NCBI GenBank assembly: GCA_025963875.1
Contig: JAOPZY010000260.1
Location: forward strand, 583-64,582
DNA: 64,000 nucleotides
Direction: 5' to 3'
Origin: Actinomycetota bacterium
GTDB taxonomy: Bacteria > Actinomycetota > CADDZG01 > JAHWKV01 > JAOPZY01
A model generated the notes under the pieces. It was given only the letters and a program-made list of their open reading frames with translations. It was not told where the DNA came from and ran no database searches. Position 1 is the stretch's first letter. Every line of letters begins with the position of its first letter. This document shows, piece by piece, positions 28,715 through 37,918 of this stretch. The position numbers and the translations under genes are program-made.

Positions 28715-30145
28715 ATGGCTACACAAGCACAAGACCCGATCCTTGCTGAGAACGAGGCAGTTCGTCAGCTGAAGGAGGGCTACAAGTACGGATGGAGCGA
28801 CGCCACCAACTACGTCGAGAAGCCCCAGCGCGGCCTGAGCCACGACGTCATCGACCAGATTTCCGATCGCAAGGGCGAGCCGGACTGGATGCGGGCGTAC
28901 CGGCACAAGGCGCTCAACTACTTCCTGGCTCGGCCGATGCCGAAGTGGGGCGCCGATCTCACGGGCATCGACTTCGACAACATCTACTACTACATCAAGC
29001 CGACCAACCTGGTGAAGAACTGGGAGGACATGCCTGCCGAGATCCGGGACACCTGGGACAAGCTCGGGATCCCGGAGGCGGAGAAGAGTTACCTGGGCGG
29101 CGTCAGCGCCCAGTACGAGAGCGAGGTCGTCTACCACTCGACGAAGAAGGAGCTGGAGGACCTCGGCGTCATCTTCTGCGACATGGACACGGCGCTGCGT
29201 GAGCACGAGGACATCGTCAAGGAGTACTTCGGCACGATCATCCCCGCCAACGACAACAAGTTCGCCGCCCTCAACTCGGCGGTGTGGTCGGGTGGCTCCT
29301 TCATCTACGTGCCGAAGGGCGTGTCGGTGGAGATCCCGCTCCAGGCCTACTTCCGGATCAACCAGGAGAACATGGGCCAGTTCGAGCGCACGATGATCAT
29401 CGTCGACGAGGACTCGTGGGTGCACTATGTCGAGGGATGCTCGGCACCGGTCTACTCCAGCGACTCCCTGCACTCTGCGGTGGTCGAGATCATCGTCAAG
29501 CCACGGGCGCGGTGCCGCTACACCACCATCCAGAACTGGTCGAACAACGTCTACAACCTGGTCACCAAGCGGGCCGTGGCCTACGACCACGCCACGATGG
29601 AGTGGGTCGACGGCAACCTCGGGTCCAAGGTCACGATGAAGTACCCGGCCGTGTGGCTGATGGGCGAAGGCGCCAAGGGCGAGATCCTGTCGGTGGCCTA
29701 CGCCGGGAACGGCCAGCACCAGGACGCCGGCGGCAAGGTCGTCCACGCCGCCCCCAACACCCAGTCGACCATCATCTCCAAGTCGATCTCGAAGGACGGG
29801 GGCCGGGCCGGGTACCGCGGGCTCGTGCGCGTCGAGGACGGCGCGACGAAGGCGAAGTCCAACGTCCGCTGCGACGCCCTGATCCTTGACGAGGCGTCGC
29901 GCTCCGACACCTATCCCTACATCGAGATCGAGGAGGAGACGGCCTCCATCGGCCACGAGGCCACGGTGTCGCGCATCGGCGACGAGCAGCTCTTTTACCT
30001 GCGGAGCCGGGGCATCGACGAGGCCGAGGCCATGAGCCTGATCGTCCGGGGCTTCATCGAGCCGATCACCAAGGAGCTGCCGCTGGAGTACGCGGTCGAG
30101 CTCAACCGGCTGATCCAGCTCCAGATGGAGGGCTCTGTCGGCTAG
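28715..30145 (+). CDS. sufB: Fe-S cluster assembly protein SufB
   Basis: Full-length SufB, highly conserved. Confidence 0.95.
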   Translation: MATQAQDPILAENEAVRQLKEGYKYGWSDATNYVEKPQRGLSHDVIDQISDRKGEPDWMRAYRHKALNYFLARPMPKWGADLTGIDFDNIYYYIKPTNLVKNWEDMPAEIRDTWDKLGIPEAEKSYLGGVSAQYESEVVYHSTKKELEDLGVIFCDMDTALREHEDIVKEYFGTIIPANDNKFAALNSAVWSGGSFIYVPKGVSVEIPLQAYFRINQENMGQFERTMIIVDEDSWVHYVEGCSAPVYSSDSLHSAVVEIIVKPRARCRYTTIQNWSNNVYNLVTKRAVAYDHATMEWVDGNLGSKVTMKYPAVWLMGEGAKGEILSVAYAGNGQHQDAGGKVVHAAPNTQSTIISKSISKDGGRAGYRGLVRVEDGATKAKSNVRCDALILDEASRSDTYPYIEIEEETASIGHEATVSRIGDEQLFYLRSRGIDEAEAMSLIVRGFIEPITKELPLEYAVELNRLIQLQMEGSVG

Positions 30146-30172
30146 GCCCGAGGCCACCGAGGAGCACGAGAC

Positions 30173-31396
30173 ATGGGGTTTGACAAAGAGCACGTCGAGA
30201 ATCTGAGCCGCGCCTTGGATGAGCCTTCCTGGCTCACCGAGCGCCGCTTGGAGGCCTGGGGCTACTTCGAGAAGCTGGAGCTGCCCAGGGAAAAGGACGA
30301 GCCGTGGCGCTACACCGATCTCCGGCGCCTCGGCTTTGATCTCGACGCCTTCTCGCCGCTGGAGCCCAACCCCCACGACGCTGGGCTGGCGCTCGAGCGT
30401 GACCCCAAGCTCGAGGAGCGCGGCGTGGTGCTCCTGCCGCTCTACAACGCCATCCAGACCCGTCCCGAGCTTGTCCAGCGTTACCTGCTCAGCCAGGGCA
30501 ACCCGGGCCAGGACATCTTCACGGCGCTGCACACCGCCCTCTTCTCCGGCGGCACCTTCCTCTACGTGCCCCGGGGCGTGGACGTGGACATCCCGGTCGA
30601 GGCCACCCGCACCCTGTCGCAGGGTGGCGTGGGGATCTTCCCGCACACCCTCGTGGTAGTGGAGGAGGGGTCCTCCGTTGTCTTCATCGACCGGTACCGC
30701 TCCGACAACCTCACCCAGCCGAGCCTGTCCGATGCCGGCGTCGAGATCGTCGCCGGCGCGGGCTCCAGCGTCACCTTCGTCGCCATCCAGGAGTACGGGC
30801 GGGGGGTCTGGCACTTCGGCACGCAGCGTGCTCTCCTCGGCAGGGATGCGTCGTTGCAGAGCCTGGTCGTGACCCTCGGGGCCAGCTTCTCCCGGGCGCA
30901 GGTCGAGACGACCATCGCCGGCGAGCACGGCGACGTCCAGATGCTCGGCGTCTACTTCGCCGAGGCCGACCAGCACTTCGACATGCGCACGCTGCAGGAC
31001 CACGCGGCCCCCCGCAGCACCTCGGACCTGCTCTACAAGGGGGCGTTGAAGGACCACTCGCACACCGTGTACTCGGGCCTCATCCGGGTGCAGCGCAACG
31101 CCGAGAAGACCGATGCCTACCAGGCCAACCGCAACCTGGTGCTGTCGGACCATGCGAAGGCCGACTCCAAGCCCGAGCTCGAGATCCTGAACAACGACGT
31201 CCGCTGCACCCACGGGTCGACCGTCGGCCAGGTGGACGACGAGCAGCTCTTCTACCTCGAGTCCCGGGGCATCTCCCATGACGACGCGCAGCGCCTCATC
31301 GTCGAGGGGTTCTTCGAGGACGTCATCAACCGCGTGCGGGTCGAGGCGGTTCGCAACGTGCTCCACGACGCCATTGCACGGAAGCTGGCGGGCTGA
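30173..31396 (+). CDS. sufD: Fe-S cluster assembly protein SufD
   Basis: SufB paralog at the SufD position between sufB and sufC. Confidence 0.9.
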   Translation: MGFDKEHVENLSRALDEPSWLTERRLEAWGYFEKLELPREKDEPWRYTDLRRLGFDLDAFSPLEPNPHDAGLALERDPKLEERGVVLLPLYNAIQTRPELVQRYLLSQGNPGQDIFTALHTALFSGGTFLYVPRGVDVDIPVEATRTLSQGGVGIFPHTLVVVEEGSSVVFIDRYRSDNLTQPSLSDAGVEIVAGAGSSVTFVAIQEYGRGVWHFGTQRALLGRDASLQSLVVTLGASFSRAQVETTIAGEHGDVQMLGVYFAEADQHFDMRTLQDHAAPRSTSDLLYKGALKDHSHTVYSGLIRVQRNAEKTDAYQANRNLVLSDHAKADSKPELEILNNDVRCTHGSTVGQVDDEQLFYLESRGISHDDAQRLIVEGFFEDVINRVRVEAVRNVLHDAIARKLAG

Positions 31397-31400
31397 GGCC

Positions 31401-31754
31401 ATGAGCCCCATGAGCTCATTGGGGAGCGACGACTGGCAGCTCGTGGCCCACGTTTTCGACGTGAAGCCCGGGCAGGTCATCAAGGTTGTGGTGGGGAAGG
31501 ACCCGGTCTGCCTCGGCAACGTCGACGGCGAGTTCCTGGCGATCTACGACATCTGCAGCCACGAGTACGTCGAGCTGCACGAGGGCTGGCTGGAGGGCGA
31601 CGAGGTGGAGTGCCCCCAGCACGGGTCGAAGTTCTCCATGCGTACCGGGGCCGTACGGGGACTGCCGGCCACCAAGCCCGTGCCCGCGTACGAGACCAAG
31701 GTCGAGGGCGAACACGTCTACGTCCGGGGGCCTGTCCCCGTTTCTTCTTCCTGA
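31401..31754 (+). CDS. Rieske (2Fe-2S) domain protein of the actinobacterial suf operon
   Basis: CxH...CxxH boxes (CSHEYVELHEG ... CPQHGSKF). Confidence 0.8.
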   Translation: MSPMSSLGSDDWQLVAHVFDVKPGQVIKVVVGKDPVCLGNVDGEFLAIYDICSHEYVELHEGWLEGDEVECPQHGSKFSMRTGAVRGLPATKPVPAYETKVEGEHVYVRGPVPVSSS

Positions 31755-31768
31755 AGGGGTGATGAGTA

Positions 31769-32563
31769 ATGGCTGAGCCGATCCTGGTGGTCGAGGACCT
31801 CCACGCGACGGTCGAGGGCAAGGAGATCCTGCGGGGGGTTGACCTCAAGATCCTGCCCGGCGAGATCCACGCCATCATGGGCCCGAACGGGTCCGGAAAG
31901 TCCACGCTCGCCAACGTCCTCATGGGCAAGCCCGGCTACGAGATCGCCCAGGGCCGCGTCGTCTACAAGGGCGAGGACCTGAGCGGCCTGGCACCCGAGG
32001 AGCGGGCCCGCAAGGGCATCTTCCTGGCATTCCAGAACCCCCTCGAGATCCCCGGCGTGTCGGTCGTCAACTTCCTGCGGACCGCCTACAACGCCAGCCG
32101 GCCCGACAAAACCTTGGGGGCAATGGAATTCCGTAAGTACCTGCAGACCAAGATGGACATGCTCGGGGTCGGCAGCGAGCTCATCAACCGCTACGTCAAC
32201 CAGGGGTTCTCCGGCGGCGAGCGCAAGCGGTCCGAAGTGCTGCAGATGGCGGTGCTCGACCCGGAGCTGGCGGTCCTCGACGAGACCGACACCGGGCTCG
32301 ACATCGACGCCCTGCGGGAGGTCGCCGCCGGCGTCATGAAGGTCCACAACGACAGGCGCGGCATCCTCATCATCACCCACTACCAGCGGATCCTGAACTA
32401 CATCGAGCCCACGTTCATCCACGTCCTTCTCGGCGGCCGCATCGTGCGGGAGGGCGGCAAGGAGCTCGCGCTCGAGCTGGAGGCGAAGGGCTACGAGCAG
32501 TTCCGGGCCGACGCCGGGCTTCCCGACTCCGCCCCGCTGACCGACGAGGCGCCCGCCAAGTAG
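31769..32563 (+). CDS. sufC: Fe-S cluster assembly ATPase SufC
   Basis: Walker A GPNGSGKST, signature FSGGERKR, Walker B LDETDTGLD. Confidence 0.95.
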   Translation: MAEPILVVEDLHATVEGKEILRGVDLKILPGEIHAIMGPNGSGKSTLANVLMGKPGYEIAQGRVVYKGEDLSGLAPEERARKGIFLAFQNPLEIPGVSVVNFLRTAYNASRPDKTLGAMEFRKYLQTKMDMLGVGSELINRYVNQGFSGGERKRSEVLQMAVLDPELAVLDETDTGLDIDALREVAAGVMKVHNDRRGILIITHYQRILNYIEPTFIHVLLGGRIVREGGKELALELEAKGYEQFRADAGLPDSAPLTDEAPAK

Positions 32564-32581
32564 GTGGACAAGGGCCAACGC

Positions 32582-32620
32582 AAAACCCCCGCCGCAGAGC
32601 ACCGCGGCGGGGGTTTTGCT
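32582..32620. terminator. Rho-independent, probably bidirectional terminator between convergent sufC and the phosphodiesterase gene
   Basis: AAAA-CCCCCGCCGC-agagcacc-GCGGCGGGGG-TTTT: a perfect 10-bp GC stem flanked by A and T tracts. Confidence 0.7.
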
Positions 32621-32633
32621 TTCTCCTGATTGG

Positions 32634-34349
32634 TCAGCCTTCGAAGCCAGGCAGGACCTGGGTGTGCTCGATGCGGACGGCGTCGAGCTTGTACGGGTTC
32701 AGTCCGAGGGCCGCGAGGACCGTCGGCGCGACCTGGGCGGTGTCCACCCTCTCGTCGACGACGTTGCCGCCGCCGTTGCCGTGCCCGCCGGTGAGGCGAG
32801 CGCCGTTGACGACGATCAGGGCGACGTGGGTATCGTCCGTCGCGAAGCCGCCGTGCTCGGCCACCTTGGCGCCACTGCCGGTGTAGATGGTTCCGGGGAC
32901 AGGCTGGACGATGAGGTCCGGTGTCCTGGGGTCGACCAGCGGGCTGTTGAAGCGATCGGCCAGGGCCTTGCCGGACAGGACGTACTGGACCTTGGCGGTG
33001 TTGGCCCCCGCCTTGTCCGCCAGCAGGGCGTTGACGGCCGTCGTCACCTGCGACTGGTTCTTCAGCCACATCAGGGAGATGTCGTCGTCGGTGGTCTGGG
33101 CGATGGCGACGCCGGCGTTGGTGACCACGTTTGCCTCGGCGTGACCGACCTTGGCCAGCTTCGACGGGTCGATCGGGGACTGCCCGTGCTTGGCCGTGAC
33201 GATGATGTCGGTCGAGCTGAGCTTGTTCCTGGCCTTCAGCTCCGCCACCATCTTGCCGAGCGCTCCATCGACGAAGCTCACGGCGCCCGAGAGCTGTGGC
33301 GTGAACTGAAGGGTGGTGGGCTCGTAGCCGCCGGGGAAGTAGTTCGGGTCGCAGCCCGGCGCGTTGTTGCTGCGCACGCACGACAGCTGCGGGTCGACGA
33401 GCTTCTGCCCGACACTCACCGACTGGAAGTTCATGCCGAAGATTGCGGGCGTGCCCACCTGCTTCGTGCCTGCCGAGTTGAGCCCGTCGATCTGGTTCAG
33501 GATCGCGTCGACCTTGATCTCGTCATAGGCCGAGGTGTCGCCGACCTTGTCCGTGATGAAGGGGCCGTTGTTGTCTCCCGTCGGGTTGGGGAGCGGGAAG
33601 GTGACCGTGTTGCCGCGGGTGTCGACCAGGGAGGGCGGGATGATGTCGGCGTTGATCTCGGTCATGAACTTGTCGTCGACCGCGTTGGCCGTGCCGTGCC
33701 CGCTCACCATCACGTTGGCCGAGGGGTGCTTGTCCGCCCATGCCGTGCGGAGACCGGCCTGGTGGGCGACGCTGAACATCGAGTTCGACCGGAGGTAGTC
33801 GTTCGGGGCCACGGGCACACACTTGCCGCCGACCAGCGCGCGCGGGAGCTGGGCCGGGTCGATGGACTCGTTGAGGATGGTCCGGCTCCCGATCCCGCCG
33901 TTGGCGGTGCTCGGGGCGTTGATGTCGAGGTTCTCGAAATACTGCATCTCGGCCCCGGGAGGCCCGGAGCAGTCCTGGACCGTCCCGGTCGGCAGCTGGG
34001 CCGGAGGTGTGAACATCGTCCGGTCGTAGCTGTCGTCGTAGTAGACGCCGCTCAGCTTGGGTGTGGCGCCCGTCGTGAGTGCCACCACGCCCGGCGATGA
34101 GTCGGAAGGCGTCGATGTCGACACGTTCGAGTACGAGGTGCCGTTGGCCATCAAGCTCGCAATGGTGGGACACAGGTTTGCCGCCATGCATTTGGTCACA
34201 TCCGAGGCGTGCAGGCCATCCACGCTGATCAAGAGCACGTGGTGAGCCGGTTCGGCGTTCGCAATGGCGGTGGCGCCCGCCACCGCCGTTGCGGTCAGCG
34301 ACATCACGCTCAGGCCGACAAGCGCCGAGCGGGGCAGTCGGTGTCTCAT
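32634..34349 (-). CDS. Secreted type I phosphodiesterase / nucleotide pyrophosphatase (alkaline-phosphatase superfamily, NPP-like)
   Basis: Signal peptide, then HHVLLISVDGLHASDV metal-ligand motif typical of NPP/AlkP-core enzymes. About 570 aa mature. The start is set at MRHRLPRSALVGLSV. Confidence 0.7.
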   Translation of the reverse strand: MRHRLPRSALVGLSVMSLTATAVAGATAIANAEPAHHVLLISVDGLHASDVTKCMAANLCPTIASLMANGTSYSNVSTSTPSDSSPGVVALTTGATPKLSGVYYDDSYDRTMFTPPAQLPTGTVQDCSGPPGAEMQYFENLDINAPSTANGGIGSRTILNESIDPAQLPRALVGGKCVPVAPNDYLRSNSMFSVAHQAGLRTAWADKHPSANVMVSGHGTANAVDDKFMTEINADIIPPSLVDTRGNTVTFPLPNPTGDNNGPFITDKVGDTSAYDEIKVDAILNQIDGLNSAGTKQVGTPAIFGMNFQSVSVGQKLVDPQLSCVRSNNAPGCDPNYFPGGYEPTTLQFTPQLSGAVSFVDGALGKMVAELKARNKLSSTDIIVTAKHGQSPIDPSKLAKVGHAEANVVTNAGVAIAQTTDDDISLMWLKNQSQVTTAVNALLADKAGANTAKVQYVLSGKALADRFNSPLVDPRTPDLIVQPVPGTIYTGSGAKVAEHGGFATDDTHVALIVVNGARLTGGHGNGGGNVVDERVDTAQVAPTVLAALGLNPYKLDAVRIEHTQVLPGFEG

Positions 34350-34613
34350 GGTTCCTCCTTCGGTCAGGGGCCGCGATGCCGGCCACGAACGGAGAGGAGT
34401 GGGCTCGGATGCCACCCCCCGATCGGCGCAGCCGGACCGGGGGTTCATGGGACAGGCGCGCAACCTCCCACCCCCGAGCTCAAGTACGCCTTGAGACTCG
34501 AACGTAGCAACGACCCTTGAACGAATCGTGAACGGCGCGTGACGGGAGGCCGTCATTCTCCTGAGAGTCTGCGCGCAGCGCTCCAGGCGAGACAGCAAGG
34601 TGCACCGGCCGAC

Positions 34614-34626
34614 GATGCTATGATGC
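34614..34626 (+). promoter_or_regulatory. Second copy of GATGCTATGATGC with the -10 TATGAT ending 6 nt before the vapB ATG; predicted leaderless promoter
   Basis: Identical 13-mer and identical spacing to the site at 27163-27175. Confidence 0.45.
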
Positions 34627-34630
34627 TCCC

Positions 34631-34885
34631 ATGCGTACCACCGTGACGCTGGACCCCGACGTCGAGGCGCTGATCAAGTCGGCTATGGCCGAGCAGCACC
34701 TGACCTTCAAGGATGCGGTGAACCAGGCGATCAGGGCCGGACTGTCTCCACGGCGGAGAGAGCCATTCCGACAGCGGACCTTCGACCTCGGCTTCCGTCC
34801 GGATATCCCCTACGACAAGGCGCTGCAGCTGGCGGCGGCCGTCGAGGGCGAGGAGATCGTGCGCAAGCTGTCGTTGGGAACGTAA
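34631..34885 (+). CDS. vapB: VapB-type antitoxin
   Basis: Small protein (MRTTVTLDPDVEALIKSAMAEQHLTFKDAVNQAIR) directly upstream of vapC. Confidence 0.65.
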   Translation: MRTTVTLDPDVEALIKSAMAEQHLTFKDAVNQAIRAGLSPRRREPFRQRTFDLGFRPDIPYDKALQLAAAVEGEEIVRKLSLGT

Positions 34886-34896
34886 GTCGCCTGTCG

Positions 34897-35322
34897 ATGG
34901 TCATTGTCGATGCCAATGTGCTGCTCTACGCCGTCAACGGGGCTTCGCCCCACCACCTGGCAGCCAAGGGATGGGTCGAGGGGGCCCTCGGCGGCGACGA
35001 GCCGGTGGGTTTCGCCTGGGTCGTGCTCCTCGCGTTCCTGCGCCTGGTCACGCTCCCGGCCGTGTTCCCGAAGCCTCTCGACGTCGACGTGGCGCTCGAA
35101 GTCGTAGAAGCCTGGCTGTCTGCTCGGGCTGCCACAGTCGTGCAGCCCACTGCTCGGCATGCCGCAGTCCTCGGAGGCTTCCTCAGAGCGTCGGGCACAG
35201 CGGGCAACCTCGTCACGGATGCACATCTGGCAACGCTCGCCGTCGAATACGGGGCTCGCCTCTGTACCTTTGACCGAGACTTCGCCCGCTTCGCCGGTGT
35301 GCGCTCCTTCGCGCCTGCCTGA
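34897..35322 (+). CDS. vapC: VapC PIN-domain toxin (ribonuclease)
   Basis: MVIVDANVLLYAV...LVTDAHLATLAVEYGARLCTFDRDF gives the canonical PIN acidic residues. Confidence 0.8.
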   Translation: MVIVDANVLLYAVNGASPHHLAAKGWVEGALGGDEPVGFAWVVLLAFLRLVTLPAVFPKPLDVDVALEVVEAWLSARAATVVQPTARHAAVLGGFLRASGTAGNLVTDAHLATLAVEYGARLCTFDRDFARFAGVRSFAPA

Positions 35323-35356
35323 CGTTCCGGGCCGGAACGCCTGGTAAGTCTGGGCA

Positions 35357-35399
35357 GTTTCCGTCAAAAAGTGTCCCCACGGCCCTTTTTGACGGAAAC
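35357..35399. terminator. Perfect 15-bp inverted repeat (GTTTCCGTCAAAAAG / CTTTTTGACGGAAAC, 13-nt loop) between convergent vapC and the CMD gene
   Basis: Seen directly. The 3-prime arm abuts the CMD gene stop codon. Confidence 0.5.
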
Positions 35400-35968
35400 T
35401 ATGAAGCGCGGCTCCCGAGACCTCGCTTGGCGAAAACCTGCGCCGCGGCAGCCATGCCGTTCAGCGCCGCCGGGAACCCTGCGAAGACCACCATGAGCAG
35501 GATGGTCTCGACCACGTCGGCGGGGCTCCCTCCGGCGTCGAGCAGGGCGTGGATGCGCAGGAGCAGCTCCTGGTGGCCGGGTGTGCCGAGGGCGGTGAGC
35601 CGTGCCACCGCAACGATCTCCCGGTCCTGGGCGGTGAGGGCACCCGTCGTTTGGCCGGACCGGGCTTCGTTGATCTCCGGCTCCATGGCGCCGGCGTTGC
35701 GGGCGCCCTGGGCGTGGAAGCGCAGTTGCGGGGTGGCATTGCCGAGAGCAGCGAGGGCCGCGACCGCAGCCAGCTCGCGCCGGCGCAGGCTCAGCCCCGG
35801 ACGGGCGTAGACGTCGCCGTAGGCGAACTCGACGAGGTAGCGCCCGAGGTCCGGCGCCACGCCGGCCAGGTCCTGCAGCACCTGCGGATCCTCTGCCGCC
35901 GCAACCTCCCGCAGGATCGCCACTCCGCGCTCGTAGCGGTCTTTATCCGGCGCCTTGAGGGGCGCCAT
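35399..35968 (-). CDS. Carboxymuconolactone decarboxylase (CMD) family protein
   Basis: About 189 aa matching the CMD/AhpD-like fold. The 501-aa track ORF is a fusion with antisense pstB noise. Confidence 0.65.
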   Translation of the reverse strand: MAPLKAPDKDRYERGVAILREVAAAEDPQVLQDLAGVAPDLGRYLVEFAYGDVYARPGLSLRRRELAAVAALAALGNATPQLRFHAQGARNAGAMEPEINEARSGQTTGALTAQDREIVAVARLTALGTPGHQELLLRIHALLDAGGSPADVVETILLMVVFAGFPAALNGMAAAAQVFAKRGLGSRAS

Positions 35969-36006
35969 TGCTTTCACTCGGCGCCTTGAGGGGCGCCTGG
36001 GCGGGC

Positions 36007-36897
36007 TCAACCCATCTGGCCGGTCACGTAGGCCTTCGTGCGGAGGTCCATCGGCACCTCGAAGACATGGTCGGTCTGACCGTACTCGATCAGCTCGCCC
36101 GTCCGCCGGTCGTCCCCGAGGAGAAAGACGGCCGTGTAGTGCGACACCCGCCGCGCCTGGAACATGTTGTGCGTGACGAGGCACACCGTGACGTCGGCGG
36201 CGAGACGGGTGATGAGCTCCTCGATCTTGGCGGTCGCAATGGGGTCGAGGGCGGAGCACGGCTCGTCCATCAGCAGCACCTCCGGCTCGACCGCGAGTGC
36301 CCGTGCGATGCAGAGGCGCTGCTGCTGGCCGCCCGAGAGCACCCCGGCGGGGGAGTGCAGCCGGTCCTTCACCAGTTCCCACAGGGCGGCATGGTGGAGG
36401 GCCGACTCGGCGGCCTCCCTGAGGATGGACTTCGAGCGGACACCGTTGAAGCGCAGGCCCGATACGACGTTCTCGAAGATGCTCAGGTTCGGGAACGGGT
36501 TGGGGCGCTGGAAGACCATGCCGACGCGGCTTCGGACGAGCTCGGGCTGGGTGTCCCTGGCGTACACGTCGAGCTCGCCGATCCGGATGGTGCCGGTGAC
36601 GGATCCGCCGGCGTCGTCGTGGAGGCGAGTGATGGCCCGCAGCAGCGTGGTCTAGCCGCAGCCCGACGGGCCGACCAGCGCCGTCACGCGGTTGCGGGCG
36701 AGGTCGAAGGTCACGTCGCGCACGACCTGGTGGGCGCCGAAGGCAACGCCCACGCCGGCGAGGGTGACGGCGCTGCCCGTATCCGGGAGTGGGTCCGGGA
36801 GCTTCGGCTTCGTTGCCGGCCCTGAAGGGGCGGCCTTGTCCGCTGGCCATGCAGCCGGCAGCTCCACCTCGGGTTCGTTTGTCACGGTGTCCGTCAT
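36007..36897 (-). pseudogene. pstB: pstB, phosphate ABC transporter ATP-binding protein, interrupted by an in-frame TAG replacing the Walker-A lysine codon (GPSGCG*TT)
   Basis: One reading frame is continuous from 36897 to 36007 except for a TAG at about 36652-36654. The N-terminal part ends ...ALVGPSGCG and the C-terminal part continues TTLLRAI... with the signature LSGGQQQRL and Walker B LLMDEP. Confidence 0.7.
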
Positions 36898-36916
36898 CGC
36901 ACACTCCTGAACTCGG

Positions 36917-37918
36917 TCAACGGGATCTGCCCGCGAGCCGCCCCGACACCATACGGGCTGCGACGCTCAGGAGCAGCACGAGGGCCAGCAGCACGAAGGC
37001 GGTCCCCCAGGCGACCTGCTGCGCCTCGGGGAACGCCTGGGTCCCGTCGGCGTAGATCACCAGCGGCATCGCGGCGGTGGGCTGCAACGGCGACAGATTG
37101 AACAGCTGGCTGCCGATGGAGGTGAAGAGCAGGGGGGCCGTCTCGCCGACGGCCCTGGCGATGGCGAGCAGGCTCCCCGTGACGAGCCCCGCGACCGCTC
37201 CCCGGAGAACCACGGATCTGGCCACCCTCGAGCGCCGGGCGCCCAGGGCCAGGGCGGCCTCCCGCAGGTCGACGGGCACCGCCAGCATGGCGGCCTCGCT
37301 CGCCCGGATCACGATGGGCAGCATGAGCACCGCCAGGGCGAAGCTGCCCGCGAGCGCGGAGAAATGGCGCAGGGGCTCCACCAGCACGGCGTAGGCGAAG
37401 ATGCCGATGGCGATGGACGGCACCCCCGTGAGGACGTCGGCCCCGAAGCGGATCGTGGCGGCGAGGCGCCCCTTGCGTTCCAGGAGGAACAGCGCCGCCG
37501 CGATGCCGACCGGGACGGCCATCAGCGCCGCCAGGCCCACGGTGAGCGCCGATCCGGCGATGGCATTGCGGATACCGCCCCCCGGGATGCCGGGCGGGGT
37601 GGGGTCGTGGGCGAAGAAGCCGAGTGTGACGGCATGGATGCCCCGCGAGGTCGTGTAGGCGAGGAGCGCCACCAGCGGGACCAGGCAGATGCCGACGGCG
37701 AGAGCGCACAGCGCGTGGGAAAGTCGGGTGGCAGCACGCCGGCGGGGAAGGCTCCGGCGGGCCGAGTTCCGGATCTTCTCGCGCCGTGCGGTTGCCCCCG
37801 CGGCCAGGTGCGCGGGCAGGGGGTCCGCGGGCAGCAGTTCCCCCGAGGCGCCCCTCAAGGCGCCGTATACAGTCTCGACCACGACGTCGCCGGTGTCGGT
37901 GGTCCGAAGTGTCGTCAC
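36917..37918 (-). CDS. pstA: Phosphate ABC transporter permease PstA
   Basis: Polytopic permease with the EAA-like loop (ASEAAMLAVPVDLREAALALGA). Its GTG start overlaps the pstC stop in a GTGA junction. Confidence 0.85.
   Translation of the reverse strand: MTTLRTTDTGDVVVETVYGALRGASGELLPADPLPAHLAAGATARREKIRNSARRSLPRRRAATRLSHALCALAVGICLVPLVALLAYTTSRGIHAVTLGFFAHDPTPPGIPGGGIRNAIAGSALTVGLAALMAVPVGIAAALFLLERKGRLAATIRFGADVLTGVPSIAIGIFAYAVLVEPLRHFSALAGSFALAVLMLPIVIRASEAAMLAVPVDLREAALALGARRSRVARSVVLRGAVAGLVTGSLLAIARAVGETAPLLFTSIGSQLFNLSPLQPTAAMPLVIYADGTQAFPEAQQVAWGTAFVLLALVLLLSVAARMVSGRLAGRSR

Noticed and set aside
36652-36654. pstB TAG as a recoded selenocysteine or pyrrolysine codon
   Set aside because: TAG is not the Sec codon. 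There is no pyl machinery context. The position is the invariant Walker-A Lys, so read-through with anything but Lys would not rescue function.
35399-36904. 501-aa minus ORF
   Set aside because: Only the C-terminal 189 aa (CMD family) are real. The N-terminal two thirds are the open antisense frame of pstB.
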